Of a stretch of DNA of 64,000 nt, positions 62,034 to 64,000 are shown in pieces. This DNA comes from Nitrososphaerota archaeon (GTDB lineage: Archaea > Thermoproteota > Nitrososphaeria_A > Caldarchaeales > JAVZCJ01): the NCBI GenBank assembly GCA_038817485.1, contig JAWAZL010000002.1, forward strand, positions 2,918 to 66,917. Reading direction: 5' to 3'. The translations under genes were made by a program, and so were the position numbers. Below the pieces are notes generated by a model. It did not search any database. It saw nothing but the letters and a program-made list of their open reading frames with translations, and was not told where the DNA came from. Position 1 is the first letter of the stretch. Each line of letters starts with the position of its first letter.

Positions 62034-62906
62034 ATGATTTATATAGATGATTTTTTTGAAGCTGGAAAAATAGCTAAAAAAATTAAAGAAGAGATTGGAA
62101 AAATAGTTAAAGAAGGTGAAAAATTAATTGAAATAGCCGAATATCTCGAGAATAGAATAAAAGATGAAGGTGGAATTCCAGCTTTTCCATGCAATATAGG
62201 TATAAATGAAGTCGCGGCCCATTATTCTCCTATTCCAAACGATTCTTCAGTTATACCCCCAAACTCGATTGTAAAAATAGATATTGGTGTACATGTAAAT
62301 GGATGTATTGCCGATACTGCTTTAACAATTAGCTTAAATCCAGAATACGATCCTTTAGTTTCGACTGTTAATATTGCTTTAGAAGAGGCGTTAAAAATTA
62401 TTAAAGCAGGAGTTTTTACATCATATATAGGTGAAGTTATTAGTTCAACTATTAAAAAATATGGTTTTAAGCCTATTTCAAATTTAACGGGTCACGAAAT
62501 AGATAGATATAAACTTCATGCAGGAACATCGATCCCTAATGTACCCACAAGAGAAAAAAATATTTTTAAAGAAAATCATATATATGCTATAGAACCTTTT
62601 GCAACATTTTCTAAAGCTATTGGCGAAGTATTTTCTGGAAAAGAAATAACAATATATAAACTTAAAGAAAATTTTATTATTAAAGAAGAAAATTTTATTA
62701 AAAAAATTAAGGAAAAAGTAAATTCTTTACCTTATTCTCTTAGATGGTTTGAGTTATCAGATATTGAAATGAAAATTCATCAAAAACTTTTTAAAAAAGG
62801 TATGATATTAGGTTATCCTATTCTAATAGAAAAATCTGGCTATCCTGTAGCTCAAGCTGAGCATACAATTCTCGTTTTGAAAGATGGTTGTAAAATCCTT
62901 ACTTAA
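62034..62906 (+). CDS. map: Methionine aminopeptidase type II
   Basis: AFPCN, AAHY, KIDIGVHVNG.IADTA, NLTGH, AIEPF, AQAEHT. Confidence 0.95.
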   Translation: MIYIDDFFEAGKIAKKIKEEIGKIVKEGEKLIEIAEYLENRIKDEGGIPAFPCNIGINEVAAHYSPIPNDSSVIPPNSIVKIDIGVHVNGCIADTALTISLNPEYDPLVSTVNIALEEALKIIKAGVFTSYIGEVISSTIKKYGFKPISNLTGHEIDRYKLHAGTSIPNVPTREKNIFKENHIYAIEPFATFSKAIGEVFSGKEITIYKLKENFIIKEENFIKKIKEKVNSLPYSLRWFELSDIEMKIHQKLFKKGMILGYPILIEKSGYPVAQAEHTILVLKDGCKILT

Positions 62907-62949
62907 AGCTTCCTAAAACAATAATTTTAATAATTTAAAACTAAGAAAG

Positions 62950-63177
62950 TTAAACTTTTTCTTCAATTTTCTTTTCTTCTACATATATACCAACGATGAT
63001 CATAGTTCCGCCACATTTAGGGCATTTATCTGTTTCTTTAAAAATAAAATCATTTTCTTTAAAAATTCTAGTATTTCTTGAATTACATGAAGGACATTTT
63101 AAAACTGTTATTGGGAATGTTTCTTGTTTTTTCAAATTTTCTTTCCTTAAAAAGAATAATGGAAAAATTTTTAGCAT
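62950..63177 (-). CDS. Small zinc-ribbon protein
   Basis: CPSC...R.FKENDFIFK..CPKCGG.M.I.GIY. Confidence 0.75.
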   Translation of the reverse strand: MLKIFPLFFLRKENLKKQETFPITVLKCPSCNSRNTRIFKENDFIFKETDKCPKCGGTMIIVGIYVEEKKIEEKV

Positions 63178-63250
63178 TCTATTTTCACCATATTTTAATT
63201 TCTTTTTGTAAGTTTAAAACTGTTTATATTTCTTTTTTATAAAAAATAAA

Positions 63251-64000
63251 TTAGGAAGGTATTCCTATTCCAACACTATTTCCTATTCCTGCTAATATAG
63301 CTATAAATCCAGGAGGTACTTCCTCCGTTATTAATTTCTTAATTCTTTCAATAACAACATCAACTGCTTTGTATATTTTTTCTCTCAATGGTGTAATAGC
63401 ATCAGTTATAGATTCTGTAATTACTAATGCATGTAAGGGAATTCCATATGTCTTAGCAATTTCTTCTATCTTATATTTATCTATTCCTGGTCCACCTATT
63501 GCTACACCTATTCCTTCCATCATTTTCCCTGTCTCTTCCCCTTCTAATTTAATTGCTGCATCTACTGTTAATATTAATTTTATTTTATCTTTTTCTTTTT
63601 CAACTATTCTTTTTACAGCTTCTCCTGGCCTTCCAACCGTTGCACCTGGACCTAAAGCTCTTACAACTAAAACTTTTCTTCCTTCGAAATCCACCTCTGA
63701 AACTATAGTATCTTTAGCAACTTCCATTCTATTTCTCTCATTTCCATTTCTATAAGCAAATTCTGCAGCAACAAGAACTCCTATTCCATCACCTATTGGT
63801 TGTCCATATTCAAATGCTTGAGCTGCTTTTCTATAAGCTTCAGCTATTTCCATAATTTGTGGTAAAATCATTTGTATTTGAAGAGCAATAGCATAATTTG
63901 CTGTCTTTTTACCAAGTAAATAATAGTGTCTAACTAAACGATAAATAGTATTTAAACCTCTAGCCACTTCAACTAAATTTGATAATGTTTTTACTTGATA
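63251..64000 (-). CDS. DUF1512-like conserved archaeal protein, partial (starts beyond window)
   Basis: PIGDGIG, ALGPGATVGRPG, VDAAIKLEGE, GIGVAIGGPG, GIGNSVGI; frame open to window end. Confidence 0.8.
   Translation of the reverse strand, partial: YQVKTLSNLVEVARGLNTIYRLVRHYYLLGKKTANYAIALQIQMILPQIMEIAEAYRKAAQAFEYGQPIGDGIGVLVAAEFAYRNGNERNRMEVAKDTIVSEVDFEGRKVLVVRALGPGATVGRPGEAVKRIVEKEKDKIKLILTVDAAIKLEGEETGKMMEGIGVAIGGPGIDKYKIEEIAKTYGIPLHALVITESITDAITPLREKIYKAVDVVIERIKKLITEEVPPGFIAILAGIGNSVGIGIPS

Noticed and set aside
1..64000. CRISPR array or cas genes
   Set aside because: No regularly spaced direct repeats seen; the TnpB-end copies are degenerate and irregularly spaced

Overview
Very AT-rich archaeal chromosomal window. 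A TACK-type lineage is inferred from the archaeal DnaG, EndA, A-type ATPase, HerA/Mre11/Rad50 and intron-rich tRNAs. Housekeeping content: herA-mre11-rad50; a sulfur-relay cluster (trxB, thrC-like, moaD, moeB, iscU/iscS/tusA/dsrE); hisS, tyrS, proC, asnA, pelota and map; wtpABC; tetronate catabolism genes; a VapBC pair; and a scattered A1Ao ATP synthase cluster. RNA genes: tRNA-Met(CAU) with two introns, tRNA-Ser(GCU) with a T-loop intron, SRP RNA, and a probable H/ACA sRNA. Most notable: dnaG is interrupted by a 26-nt insert (60211-60236) that forms a canonical bulge-helix-bulge (BHB) motif. Cutting at the standard BHB positions exactly restores the conserved GQ-TEG motif and the reading frame, so this is a probable archaeal pre-mRNA intron in a gene other than cbf5. 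Other signals: a decayed TnpB with an omegaRNA-like scaffold and dispersed right-end copies; a NikR-type palindrome between two unknown membrane genes; a shared ATAAC-N3-GTTAT operator at three sulfur-relay promoters; a perfect 111-bp inverted repeat bracketing atpA-atpB; a FYVE-like zinc finger; and an abrupt codon-usage switch inside atpB. All calls are by eye; no searches or folding programs were run.
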